Below are positions 7,352 to 17,900 of a DNA stretch of 20,000 nucleotides, in pieces. The notes under the pieces are model-generated. The model did not search any database, had not been told where the DNA came from, and was given only the letters and a program-made list of their open reading frames with translations. Every line of letters starts with the position of its first letter. Position 1 is the first letter of the stretch. The position numbers and the translations under genes were made by a program. The stretch covers positions 57,324 to 77,323 of the forward strand of contig DAOORA010000015.1 of the NCBI GenBank assembly GCA_035389045.1, in the 5' to 3' direction. The stretch is from Bacteroidales bacterium. GTDB lineage: Bacteria; Bacteroidota; Bacteroidia; Bacteroidales; CAIWKO01.

Positions 7352-8869
7352 CTAAAGTTCCTTTCTGAGCCGGGCCACGGGTATATCTAGTTGTTCGCGG
7401 TATTTGGCCACCGTACGCCGGGCAATGTTATAGCCTTTGTCTTTGAGGATTTTCGTAAGCTGTTCGTCGGTAAGGGGTTTTTTCTTGCTTTCGGCTTCAA
7501 TGCAGTCGGTAAGGATTTTTTTAACTTCACGGGTGGAGACTTCTTCGCCCGACTCGGTCTGCAGCGATTCGGAGAAAAAACTTTTCAGCAGGAAGGTGCC
7601 GAAATGGGTCTGGACATACTTGCTGTTCACCACGCGTGAAATAGTGGATATGTCGAGGTTTACTTTCTCAGCGATATCCTTTAATATCATGGGTTTCAGG
7701 CTGGTCTCGTCACCCTCAAGGAAGTATTCTTTTTGAAAATCCATAATGGCCTTCATGGTTTTGTATAAGGTGTCGTGACGTTGTTTGATCATGTCGATAA
7801 ACCATCTGGCAGAATCGAGTTTTTGTTTCACAAATAAGGCCAATTCTTTATCCTGGCCTGTTTTTCTTTTTTTATCGGCCGACATGGTTTCGATCATGTC
7901 GAGGTATGCTTTATTGATGCGGAGTTCGGGCGTGTTTTTAGCATTCAGGGAAAGTTCCAGTTGCCCGTCGTTATTGGTGATGATGAAATCGCAGGTGATG
8001 TACTGGTTAGGCTTGGCATTGTCAATCATTGAGTTACCGGGCTTGGGGTTGAGTTGAAGTATCTCATTCATAGCCAGTTTAAGCTGTTCGTCGGAGATTT
8101 CGAGGCGTTTTTTGATCTTGTCGTAATGTTTTTTGGTGAATTCCACAAAAAATCTGGACAATATGGTCTGTGCCAGCATTACCGATGAAGTTATGGTTTC
8201 TTTTTTGCGGAGCTGGATGAGCAGACATTCCTGAAGGTTGCGCGCACCCACACCGTATGGTTCAAATTCCTGGATCAGTAACAACAGCTCTTCCAGTTCT
8301 TTGACGTTGGTGGTGATGTTTTGAGCGAATGCAATGTCGTCTGCCATTGCCGACAGGTCTCTTTGCAGGTATCCTGAATCATCGAGGTTGCCAATGATAA
8401 AATAGGCAATTTGTTTCTGACGTTCGTCGAGTTTGCGCATGCCCAACTGGGAGATAAGATTCTCATGAAACGTCTGCCCGACAGAGAAGGGAATTTCTTT
8501 CCGGTCTTCTTCGTCGGGGTTATATTCGTATGAGCTCAGCTTGTAGGCGGGTGTGTCGTCTTCTTCTAAAAAATCCTCAAAGGAAACTTCTTCGGGGTCT
8601 TTTTCAACTTCATCCAGTTCTTTTTCTATTTCATCCTCTTCGTCTTCTTCAGTATCCTGATTATCAGCATCCGAAATATTGTCATCTATATTCTGGGCTT
8701 CGTCTTTTTCATCCGACTCGTTAACATCTTCGAGTGCGGGATTTTCTTCCAGTTCTTCTTTGATGCGTTGTTCCATAGCAATGGTGGGCAGCTGTAACAA
8801 TTTCATCAGTTGTATCTGCTGAGGCGAAAGCTTTTGTTGTAATTTCTGCTGAAGTTTCTGGTTGAGCAT
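7352..8869 (-). CDS. rpoN: RNA polymerase sigma-54 factor
   Basis: Q/L-rich region I (LQQKLQQKLSPQQIQLMKLLQLP), acidic region II, GVGARNLQECLLIQL, HTH STISRV, RpoN box ARRTVAKYRE. ATG 8869 preferred over the track's TTG 8878. Confidence 0.97.
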   Translation of the reverse strand: MLNQKLQQKLQQKLSPQQIQLMKLLQLPTIAMEQRIKEELEENPALEDVNESDEKDEAQNIDDNISDADNQDTEEDEEDEIEKELDEVEKDPEEVSFEDFLEEDDTPAYKLSSYEYNPDEEDRKEIPFSVGQTFHENLISQLGMRKLDERQKQIAYFIIGNLDDSGYLQRDLSAMADDIAFAQNITTNVKELEELLLLIQEFEPYGVGARNLQECLLIQLRKKETITSSVMLAQTILSRFFVEFTKKHYDKIKKRLEISDEQLKLAMNEILQLNPKPGNSMIDNAKPNQYITCDFIITNNDGQLELSLNAKNTPELRINKAYLDMIETMSADKKRKTGQDKELALFVKQKLDSARWFIDMIKQRHDTLYKTMKAIMDFQKEYFLEGDETSLKPMILKDIAEKVNLDISTISRVVNSKYVQTHFGTFLLKSFFSESLQTESGEEVSTREVKKILTDCIEAESKKKPLTDEQLTKILKDKGYNIARRTVAKYREQLDIPVARLRKEL

Positions 8870-8975
8870 AGAAAACAATCTTTTTAATTTGATACGAATA
8901 TAATCTTTTTAGTTGGTTTATGCAATAAAAAATGCAATAAAATACAGATATGTAAAACCCGGAAAAAAACAGATG

Positions 8976-10376
8976 TCAGAATTCTGCATTTTTAGGTGTG
9001 CGCGGGAACGGAATCACGTCCCTGATGTTTGCCATACCGGTGATAAACAGCATCAGCCGCTCGAAACCGAGACCAAATCCGCTGTGGGGCGCCGTACCAA
9101 ACTTTCTTGTGTCGAGGTACCATGCCATTTCTTTTTCGGAGATATCCATTTCGCGGATGCGGTTCAGCAGCAACTCATAGTTTTCTTCACGCTGTGATCC
9201 GCCTATGATTTCACCGATTTTCGGAAAGAGCACATCCATGGCTCGGACTGTCTTGCCATCGGGATTTTGTTTCATGTAAAAGGCTTTGATCTCCTTTGGA
9301 TAATCGGTAAGTATTACCGGGCGCCGGAAATGATTTTCCACCAGGTATCTTTCGTGTTCGGCCTGCAGGTCGGTGCCCCAAGAGACGGGATATTCGAATT
9401 TTTTTCCCGAGTTCATCAATATCTCAATCGCCTCACCATAGGCAAGTCGTTCAAAAGGGTGGGCTAGTATAAAGTTCAGCCGTTCGATCAGTTCGCTATC
9501 ATACATTTTTTGCAGGAAGGCGAGATCGTCACTGCAATGTTCCAGTGCGTATGTAATCAGGTATTTCAGCATATCCTCGGCCAGGTCCATGTTATCGTTG
9601 ATGTCATAAAACGCCATTTCGGGTTCGATCATCCAGAATTCGGCCAGGTGCCGCGGGGTATTGGAGTTTTCGGCCCTGAAGGTAGGTCCGAAAGTGTATA
9701 CCAGCCCCAGGGCCATGGCGCCGAGTTCGCCTTCGAGCTGGCCGGAAACTGTAAGACTGGTGCGTTTTCCGAAAAAATCTTCGGTGTAGTTGATGCTGCC
9801 ATCATCCATGCGTGGCGGGTTTTCCATATTGAGTGTGGTGACCTGGAACAAAGCGCCGGCGCCTTCGGCATCTGAGCCGGTGATGAGCGGAGTATGGAGG
9901 TAGTAAAACCCGCGGTCGTTGAAAAATTTGTGAATGGCAAACGACATGGCATGACGGATACGCAATACAGCGCCAAATGTGTTGGTACGGGGGCGCAGGT
10001 GGGCTATCTCTCTTAAAAATTCGAGCGTATGACCTTTCTTCTGCAGAGGATAGGTCGCCGCATCAGCTGTTCCGTAAACCTTTATGGCAACCGCCTGGAT
10101 TTCCACATGTTGTCCCTGCCCGGGTGATTGGACCAGGATGCCGTTCACCGAAAGACAAGCGCCGGTGGTAATAAGTCTCATGGTTTCTTCGTCAAACTTG
10201 TCAAGTTCAGCAACTACCTGCAGGTTGTGAATTATGGAACCATCATTCATTTCGATAAAGGCAAGTTGTTTGTTCCCTCTTTTGGAACGTACCCATCCTT
10301 TCAGGTTTACATTTTTTCCATAATCGGTCTGTTTCAGAAGCTCTTTTATTTTAAATGACGTATATTGTTCTTCCAT
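8976..10376 (-). CDS. asnS: Asparagine--tRNA ligase
   Basis: 466 aa. N-terminal OB fold (GWVRSKR), [16 protein letters not shown], motif 2 [21 protein letters not shown], motif 3 [12 protein letters not shown], end VIPFPRTP. Confidence 0.97.
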   Translation of the reverse strand: MEEQYTSFKIKELLKQTDYGKNVNLKGWVRSKRGNKQLAFIEMNDGSIIHNLQVVAELDKFDEETMRLITTGACLSVNGILVQSPGQGQHVEIQAVAIKVYGTADAATYPLQKKGHTLEFLREIAHLRPRTNTFGAVLRIRHAMSFAIHKFFNDRGFYYLHTPLITGSDAEGAGALFQVTTLNMENPPRMDDGSINYTEDFFGKRTSLTVSGQLEGELGAMALGLVYTFGPTFRAENSNTPRHLAEFWMIEPEMAFYDINDNMDLAEDMLKYLITYALEHCSDDLAFLQKMYDSELIERLNFILAHPFERLAYGEAIEILMNSGKKFEYPVSWGTDLQAEHERYLVENHFRRPVILTDYPKEIKAFYMKQNPDGKTVRAMDVLFPKIGEIIGGSQREENYELLLNRIREMDISEKEMAWYLDTRKFGTAPHSGFGLGFERLMLFITGMANIRDVIPFPRTPKNAEF

Positions 10377-10560
10377 AACATCTAATTTTTATGCAAAAAA
10401 AGCATTTTTCAGGCGGAATTACAACATAAAACACGGATAAAAAAGCTAATATTCTAAATATCAGCTAATAAGGATAAGTGATTTAGATTTAATCCGGTTG
10501 ATGCCATAATTTTTTTATATTTTCGCACACGATTTTCATAAAAAGAATGTTAATTATCCC

Positions 10561-12447
10561 GTGATCGTAAAACAGGGTCCCATATTATCCAAAATCAATT
10601 CAGTAGCCGACTTACGGAAGCTGAAGGTTGAAGAATTACCGGCTTTGTGCGAAGACCTCAGGCAGTTTATCATTGACTCCACGTCATTGAATCCCGGTCA
10701 TCTTGGAGCCAATCTTGGTTCCGTGGAGCTTACGGTTGCTCTTCATTATGTTTTTCGTACGCCATATGATAAACTGGTGTGGGATGTGGGGCATCAGGCC
10801 TATACCCATAAAATCCTTACCGGGCGGAAAGATGTATTTGACACCAACCGGAGGTATAAGGGAATCAGCGGTTACCCACGCATGGCCGAAAGTGAATACG
10901 ATGCTTTCGGGGTGGGACATTCCTCCACATCCATCTCGGCAGCACTGGGTATGGCCATTGCTTCGGAGCTGAAGGAACAACACGACCGGCATCATATTGC
11001 ATTTATCGGTGATGGCTCCATGACAGCCGGGCTGGCTTTCGAAGCCCTTAACCATACGGGTGTGGCCAAATCAAACCTGTTGGTCGTCCTCAACGACAAC
11101 GGTATTGCCATAGACAAAAATGTGGGTGCACTGAAAGAGTACCTTATCAATATTACTACTTCCCGGATATACAATAAACTCAAGCTTAATATCTGGAATA
11201 TTATCACCGGTAAAACCCTCCGGAAGCTGATAAACAAGTTTCTTGGCGCCATAAAGTCTGCCATTGTCAGGCAAAGCAACCTTTTTGAATCGCTCGGCTT
11301 CCGGTATTTTGGCCCGGTGGATGGCCATGATGTGGTGCGTCTTGTCAAACTGTTCAATGATATTAAGGATATCCGGGGTCCGAAAATATTGCATTGCATT
11401 ACGGTAAAAGGTAAGGGGTTCCCCTGGGCGGAGAAGGACCAGACACGGTTTCATGCTCCCGGAATTTTTGATCCGGACACCGGTATCAACATGGAAAAAC
11501 CCGAACCTCAGAAATTAACAAGATATCAGATTGTTTTCGGGAAAACCCTGGTGGAACTTGCGGAACAAAATCCGAAGATCGTAGGGGTTACTCCGGCCAT
11601 GCTCACCGGTTGTTCTATGAATATGATGCTGGCGAAGTTTCCGGAACGTACTTTTGATGTGGGTATCGCAGAGCAACATGCGGTAACTTTTTCCGCCGGG
11701 CTTGCAGCACAGGGACTGATACCTTATTGTAATATCTATTCAAGTTTTTTGCAGCGTGCCTACGACCAGATCATTCATGATGTAGCCCTGCAGAAACTGC
11801 ATGTGGTGTTTTGCATCGACCGTGGCGGCCTGGTGGGCGAAGATGGCGCTACGCACCATGGCACATTTGACCTGGCATACCTCAGGTGTATCCCGGATAT
11901 GATCGTCTCAGCTCCGATGAATGAAGAGGAGCTCAGGAATCTTTTATACACGGCTCAATACGTTGAATTGCCTTTTGCTATCCGCTATCCCCGGAGTTAC
12001 GGTGTGATGGAGCAATGGAAGACTCCCTTACAAAAAATGGAGACCGGTAAAGGACGTATGGTGATTGGCGGGCAGGATATGGCTTTTATCACCATCGGGC
12101 ATGTGGGCAATTTTGCCGTCCATGTGATCAAGCGCCTGAATGCCGAAAACCTCAGCCCGGCATTGTTTGATATGCGATTCCTTAAACCTTTGGATGAATC
12201 CTTATTACATGAGGTTTTTAAAAAATTCAGGAAAATCATAACGGTCGAAGACGGCACGGTTGTCGGCGGGCTGGGTACTGCGGTCATCGAGTTTATGAAC
12301 CAGCATAATTATGAGGCTGAAGTAGTGAAACTTGGTGTTCCCGACCGTTTTGTGGAGCAGGGTTCCCTGGCTCAGCTTTATGCGGAATGTGGTTATGATG
12401 AGGATGGTATTTATGAAGCTGCAAAAAGCTTGCTGATTTCAAAATAA
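10561..12447 (+). CDS. dxs: 1-deoxy-D-xylulose-5-phosphate synthase
   Basis: 628 aa, GTG start. GHLGANLG, WDVGHQAYTHKILTGR, GHSSTSISAALG, TPP motif GDGS...LNDN, DVGIAEQHAVT, FLQRAYDQ, DRGGLVGEDGATHHG. Confidence 0.97.
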   Translation: MIVKQGPILSKINSVADLRKLKVEELPALCEDLRQFIIDSTSLNPGHLGANLGSVELTVALHYVFRTPYDKLVWDVGHQAYTHKILTGRKDVFDTNRRYKGISGYPRMAESEYDAFGVGHSSTSISAALGMAIASELKEQHDRHHIAFIGDGSMTAGLAFEALNHTGVAKSNLLVVLNDNGIAIDKNVGALKEYLINITTSRIYNKLKLNIWNIITGKTLRKLINKFLGAIKSAIVRQSNLFESLGFRYFGPVDGHDVVRLVKLFNDIKDIRGPKILHCITVKGKGFPWAEKDQTRFHAPGIFDPDTGINMEKPEPQKLTRYQIVFGKTLVELAEQNPKIVGVTPAMLTGCSMNMMLAKFPERTFDVGIAEQHAVTFSAGLAAQGLIPYCNIYSSFLQRAYDQIIHDVALQKLHVVFCIDRGGLVGEDGATHHGTFDLAYLRCIPDMIVSAPMNEEELRNLLYTAQYVELPFAIRYPRSYGVMEQWKTPLQKMETGKGRMVIGGQDMAFITIGHVGNFAVHVIKRLNAENLSPALFDMRFLKPLDESLLHEVFKKFRKIITVEDGTVVGGLGTAVIEFMNQHNYEAEVVKLGVPDRFVEQGSLAQLYAECGYDEDGIYEAAKSLLISK

Positions 12448-12510
12448 ATTATCTTTACCGGCATTATAGTTTTTTTGTTCTGATTCAGGGTGTTTCCATG
12501 TATACATAAC

Positions 12511-14250
12511 ATGACGAACTTCAATACGTTATTCAGAAAAAAGTCAGTGGAAGATATTCTTCGTCATGCGGATGATGTGACGCATGACACTCATCGGCTG
12601 AAGAAAAACCTGAATGTGGTTGATCTGACGGCCTTAGGTATTGCAGCCATCATCGGAGCCGGTATTTTCAGCACCATAGGCAATGCGGCTGCCAGTGGCG
12701 GGCCCGCAGTTTCGTTGTTGTTTGTTTTTACTGCCCTGGCCTGCGGTTTGTCGGGTTTGTGTTATGCTCGTTTTGCTTCGGTCATCCCGATCAGCGGCAG
12801 CGCCTATACATACGCTTATGCCAGCTTTGGCGAGCTGATCGCCTGGATCATCGGCTGGGATCTGATCATGGAATATGCCGTGGGTAACATAGCCGTGGCG
12901 ATCAGCTGGTCGGATTATTTTGTGGGTATGTGCGAGGGTGTTAATATCCATATTCCGGCATGTCTTACGATAGATTACCTGAGCGCTTCCCGCGGCTATC
13001 ATGCCGTGACAGAGCAACTTGCAGCCGGGGCTTCACTGGATAGTATGACAGCGGGTATGCGCGACGCCTATAATGCCTGGATCAGTGCTCCTGAAATTTT
13101 CGGTGTGAAAATTATTGCCGATATTCCTGCTTTTTCTATTGTTGTTTTTATTTCAAGTCTTGTCTATGTCGGAATCCGCGAATCAAAAATTGCCAGTAAC
13201 CTGATGGTGGCGTTGAAGATTCTCATATTGTTGCTGATCATAGGTGTGGGTGTTTTTTATGTTGATACAGGGAACTGGAGTCCTTTTGCCCCTCACGGAG
13301 TATCAGGCGTACTGAAAGGGGTGGCAGCGGTGTTTTTTGCCTATATAGGTTTTGACGCTATCTCTACTACGGCGGAAGAGTGCAAGCGGCCGCAAAAGGA
13401 TTTACCCCGTGCTATCCTGCTGTCGTTGGTGATATCCACGGTATTATATATTATGATCAGCCTGGTGCTTACGGGAATGGCGCCTTACTACGAGCTGGCC
13501 GTGGGCGACCCGTTGGCCTATGTGTTTGCACGGCTGAACCTGACCGGGTTTTCGGGACTTATAGCTGTGAGTGCTGTGATCTCTATGGCCAGTGTGTTGC
13601 TGGTTTTTCAGCTGGGCCAGCCCCGAATCTGGATGAGCATGAGCCGCGACGGGCTGTTGCCGAAAAGATTTTCAAAATTACATCACAAATATAAAACCCC
13701 GGCCTTTTCTTCTGTTGTTGCCGGATTTCTGGTCGCTATTCCTACATTATTTATGAACCTTACTGAAGTGACTGACCTGACCAGTATCGGAACACTCTTC
13801 GCTTTTGTTTTGGTGTCGGGTGGTGTGCTGATACTGGATGATCCAAAGAAAAACAAACATCTGACCAACCAAAAATCATTTAAAATACCTTATTTTAATT
13901 CGAGGTATTTTCTTCCATGGGTATGGCTAATTGTACTGCTGGCAGTATACCTGTTGAATAAAACCTTTTTCGAAAATTTTGCAAAACAGGACTTGTTGGC
14001 CGAATGGAATACTATTATTGATAAAATTCCCCTGCTGATGTTTATTTTGCTAGCCATGGTGCTGAGCGTGTTTGCTGTTGTGAGGCAGTTTTCGCTGATT
14101 CCCGTGCTGGGTCTGCTTACCAATTTTTACCTGATGACAGAATTAGGCATCACCAACTGGCTCCGCTTCCTGATATGGCTGGTGGTCGGGCTTTGCTTGT
14201 ATTTTGTTTATGGGTATAAACACAGTAGGCTTACCAAAACGGAAACTTAA
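12511..14250 (+). CDS. APC-superfamily amino-acid permease (CAT-like, with extra C-terminal helices)
   Basis: IIGAGIF in TM1, GSAYTYAY, FAYIGFDAISTTAEE in TM6, QPRIWMSMSRDGLLP, C-terminal WLVVGLCLYFVYG. ATG 12511 preferred over GTG 12490. Confidence 0.92.
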   Translation: MTNFNTLFRKKSVEDILRHADDVTHDTHRLKKNLNVVDLTALGIAAIIGAGIFSTIGNAAASGGPAVSLLFVFTALACGLSGLCYARFASVIPISGSAYTYAYASFGELIAWIIGWDLIMEYAVGNIAVAISWSDYFVGMCEGVNIHIPACLTIDYLSASRGYHAVTEQLAAGASLDSMTAGMRDAYNAWISAPEIFGVKIIADIPAFSIVVFISSLVYVGIRESKIASNLMVALKILILLLIIGVGVFYVDTGNWSPFAPHGVSGVLKGVAAVFFAYIGFDAISTTAEECKRPQKDLPRAILLSLVISTVLYIMISLVLTGMAPYYELAVGDPLAYVFARLNLTGFSGLIAVSAVISMASVLLVFQLGQPRIWMSMSRDGLLPKRFSKLHHKYKTPAFSSVVAGFLVAIPTLFMNLTEVTDLTSIGTLFAFVLVSGGVLILDDPKKNKHLTNQKSFKIPYFNSRYFLPWVWLIVLLAVYLLNKTFFENFAKQDLLAEWNTIIDKIPLLMFILLAMVLSVFAVVRQFSLIPVLGLLTNFYLMTELGITNWLRFLIWLVVGLCLYFVYGYKHSRLTKTET

Positions 14251-14256
14251 AAAAAG

Positions 14257-14288
14257 TTTGGCCGGTAAAAAAATTATGTATATCTTTG
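14257..14288 (+). promoter_or_regulatory. Canonical Bacteroidota sigma-A promoter (-33 TTTG, -7 TATCTTTG) for the NlpC/P60 gene
   Basis: TTTG at 14257-14260, 20-nt spacer, TATCTTTG at 14281-14288. Confidence 0.7.
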
Positions 14289-14377
14289 TTCTGCAACACT
14301 TTATGTGTTGTGCCATTTTGAGGCTGTAATTCTTAGTCTCATGGGATTTTACGAAGATTTCTTCGGAGAAAAAACTG

Positions 14378-14950
14378 ATGCACAGAAAAATAAAAATAGA
14401 ATATATATTAAATTTGTTGTTTGTGGCCTTTATGGCTGTGCTTATCCCCAGCATCCATAGTCAGCCGGGAGCTGATTACCAGACCAATGATTCTGTTTTT
14501 GCAGTGAAGAAGGACACGGTTCCTGCAGACTCTGTAAAACCCACCGACTATAATGAGGCGCTGATAGACAGCGTGATAGATTTCGGAAAACAATTTCTGG
14601 GGCTGAAGTATAAATATCACGGACAGTCGCCGCAGGGTTTTGATTGTTCGGGCTATGTTTCCTATATTTTCGGAAAATTTGGTTATTCGTTTCCACATTC
14701 TTCGTCGGCGATGTCCACATTAGGACAAAAAGTTGATTTGAAAGAAGCCCGCAAGGGTGATTTTATTTTTTTCAAGGGGAGAAGCTCGAAATCCTCAGGT
14801 GTAGGGCATGTAGCCCTGATCATTGAAGCCGATTCAGGGCAGGTGACCATGATGCATTCTACCTGCATGAGCGGTGTGATTATCGAAAAATATAATACCA
14901 GCCCTTATTATACGTCGCGTTATGTAGGGTGTAAGAGGCACCGGTTTTAA
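14378..14950 (+). CDS. NlpC/P60 (C40) cell-wall peptidase
   Basis: 190 aa. N-terminal hydrophobic signal or anchor; LGLKYKYHG, catalytic GFDCSG, GDFIFF, GHVAL, MMHS. Confidence 0.92.
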   Translation: MHRKIKIEYILNLLFVAFMAVLIPSIHSQPGADYQTNDSVFAVKKDTVPADSVKPTDYNEALIDSVIDFGKQFLGLKYKYHGQSPQGFDCSGYVSYIFGKFGYSFPHSSSAMSTLGQKVDLKEARKGDFIFFKGRSSKSSGVGHVALIIEADSGQVTMMHSTCMSGVIIEKYNTSPYYTSRYVGCKRHRF

Positions 14951-14974
14951 AACTTTTACCGGGTCATTAAGGTT

Positions 14975-17900
14975 TTATTTTGGCATTGGTTTTAACAATT
15001 TGACCACACCGAAAGAAGATTTCTCGGATCCTTCGAATTCAAGTATTAAGGCATACAATCCAGCAGGCAAATTCATTCCGGAAATATCTTCAGTATGGAA
15101 GCCTTTGCACTGTGATTTTTTAATGGGTATGGATAAAAGATTTCCATGGGTATTGAGGATTTTAATTATCACATTGCCATTTTCCGGCAGATTATACCTG
15201 ACAGAAACTTTATCACTGAACGGATTGGGATAACATGAGAATTCTAAAGTGGCGGCGGAATAGAAATCGTTACTGACTAGTATTTTAGGTATTGAAAAGT
15301 ATGCATCAGGGACTTCATTGCCATATTGATCCCCAACGATGCCGGAGCCGGTCAATGAAAAATCAAGCATGCCGGACTGTACGCCTTTATTTGCTGAGAA
15401 TCCTAATATAATCAATGAATCGTTGATATTAACATCATAGTGATTGGTTGTTGTATATACTATTCTGATTACACCATTTTCATCGGTGACAAGTAAATCA
15501 TTATTGGTAGTTAATATTTCTTCCAAAGAAGGATTGATTTTCACAAGACCTTTGGTTACATGACCTGGAATACATGCCGATACAAGATTATATTCCGCAT
15601 TTGGATAGTATAATTCCAAACCGAGGGCAGAGTAATCTTTTATTTTCGTGTTGATACGTAATGGAATTTCGAAATAAGAAGCATCACTTGTTGTAATATA
15701 ATCTTCATCTACATTAATAATATTATTAGGATAAGATTTAACCAAACTCCAATTGATAACAGAGTCACGATATTTATAACTGGATGCATTATAATCGCCA
15801 TAACATATTGTTTTCAGGGTAATGTTTAAATCGTTATCTGTAATAGTTATAATTGTATCAAGTTGAACCCAGTGTCCTTTGGGGAAGTTTTTATTTGGAA
15901 TATAAGGAGAGCCGATTTTTGCTTTTATTCTGGAAATATCAATAGCAGAGATAGCAGTGTTGTTATCCACATTGGCAGCTTTTTTATATTTTGCTGAAAA
16001 GCACCTTGAAGGATCGACCAGTGTATCGATACCGATATAATATTTCAGTAAAGTCACATCGATTGCATCAATACCATTACCTGACTGCATTGTATCTGAG
16101 GAGTACTTATCATATGATAAAATATAATTCCCTTTAGCAATGCAGTTGAAATGGAAATTAGCATCAGCATCACTTGTATCACGTGCTATTTCGTTGCCAG
16201 ACATTTGTTCTTTAAGAACCACAATTACATTATCGATATTATAAATGGCAGCATTATACGATGGTATATATGGTGGTAAATTTCCGGCATTTGCTTTCCC
16301 CGTATAACGTGTTTTGCCACTTATTGAATGACCTCCGTCAAATATTACGGTAACAGTATCTGTATTGACACATCCGTCATAATCAACAGTTATGGTATAA
16401 ATTGTTGTGGATGATGGAGATACCAATGGTTGAGCAAGTGATGGATTATTCATGCCGTCCTGTGGTAGCCAGCTAATAGTTCCGGGACCGTTCATTGCTG
16501 AACCGACTTGGACCGGTGTGCAAACAAAAGAAATTTTCTCGCCTGCCTCAACTGTTGGGGCTGGTTTTACATTGACTACGATGAGATTAGAGCTATCAGA
16601 ACATCCGGTGACGGTATCCACGACTATCACTTTATATATGCCAGGATATTTTGCTGTATAGGTATGCAAGGTTTCATTTATTATCGGGGTTTCATAGTAC
16701 TTCCATGTGTATGCCAGGTCAGAACCCACCTCAGTTATTAATAATACAGAGTCACCCTCACAAAACTGTGTGGAACCGACAGCGCTGATATGAGCCGGTG
16801 GCAAATTATGAACCGTTACATCGACAGATATCGTACTGTCGATACAAGTATTATATGCAGAATGGCTCATGATTACCTTATAAGTTCCGTTTGTTTTTGC
16901 AATATAAATGGAATCGTTTGCGCCCAAAATCTCTGTTTCATTTAGTTTCCATTGATAGCTGGTCCCCTGATGTGATGGGGCTGTAAGAATTACAGAATCG
17001 CCCTGACAAAAACTTGTAGATCCCGAATAAGTTATCATGGGTGAAGATGCGCTTACTGTGATTGATTTTACATTTATTAAACTCCACTTATTATATGTAT
17101 CCTTTGCCCGCAGGTAAATAACATGCTCGCCGGTAGAAAGGCAGGCCAAATCCACATCAAATAGTGTTGTCGGATTAGCGGAATTAGGTATAATGCTCAC
17201 AGGGACGCCATTTCCAAAGCCGGGGTCTGAATCGAAGTAGTATTCCAAACCGCATATTTCCTTATTTGCCGGTGTGATTTTATAAAAAGATTGTGTTTGG
17301 GTTAAACTCCATTTATTATGACTGTCTTTTGCCCTGATGTATAAAACGTGAAAACCATCACTGAGGCCGGTTAAAGGAATATTCAGATTTTTTGTGATGT
17401 TTGCAGATGGTATAATATTTACACTCGTACCATTACCAAAACCGGGATCAGTATCAATAAAATACTCAATATTTGTGATATCAGTATTTGTAATAGTTGT
17501 ATTATAAAAAGCCTGTGTTTGTATCAGACTCCAGTTTCCATAATTATCTTTTGCCCTAATGTATAAAATGTGAAATCCGGTAGAAAAATTGTTGAGGTCA
17601 ATGGTGAAGTTTTTAATAATATTTGCTGAAGCTACAAGCGAAAGCGCGGTTCCGTTGCCAAAACCAGGATCGTTATCGAGGAAATATTCAAGTTCTGAAA
17701 TATTTGGGGAGGGGGAGTTAATCGTTAAGTTATAAAATGGCAATGAATGACATAAACTCCATCTTAGATTTTCGTCTTTTGCACGAACGTACAAGATATG
17801 AAATCCTGTTGAAGCACTATCTAATGGAATATTAAAACTTGAAGTGATGTCGTTTTCAGCAGAAATAGTTACGGGTGTTGCATTTCCAAATCCGGGGTCG

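Noticed and set aside
10440..10490. AGCTAATA direct repeat and a weak TCTAAAT/ATTTAGA inverted repeat in the asnS-dxs divergent spacer
   Set aside because: Short and AT-rich, compatible with chance. No T-box or riboswitch features were recognised.
12930..13110. Long loop between TM3 and TM4 of the APC permease
   Set aside because: In frame with no repeat or intein-like signature; most likely ordinary loop-length variation in this subfamily.
6805..14868. Alternative-frame ORFs overlapping rpoN, asnS, dxs, the permease and the NlpC/P60 gene
   Set aside because: They overlap well-supported conserved genes and show no recognisable motifs.
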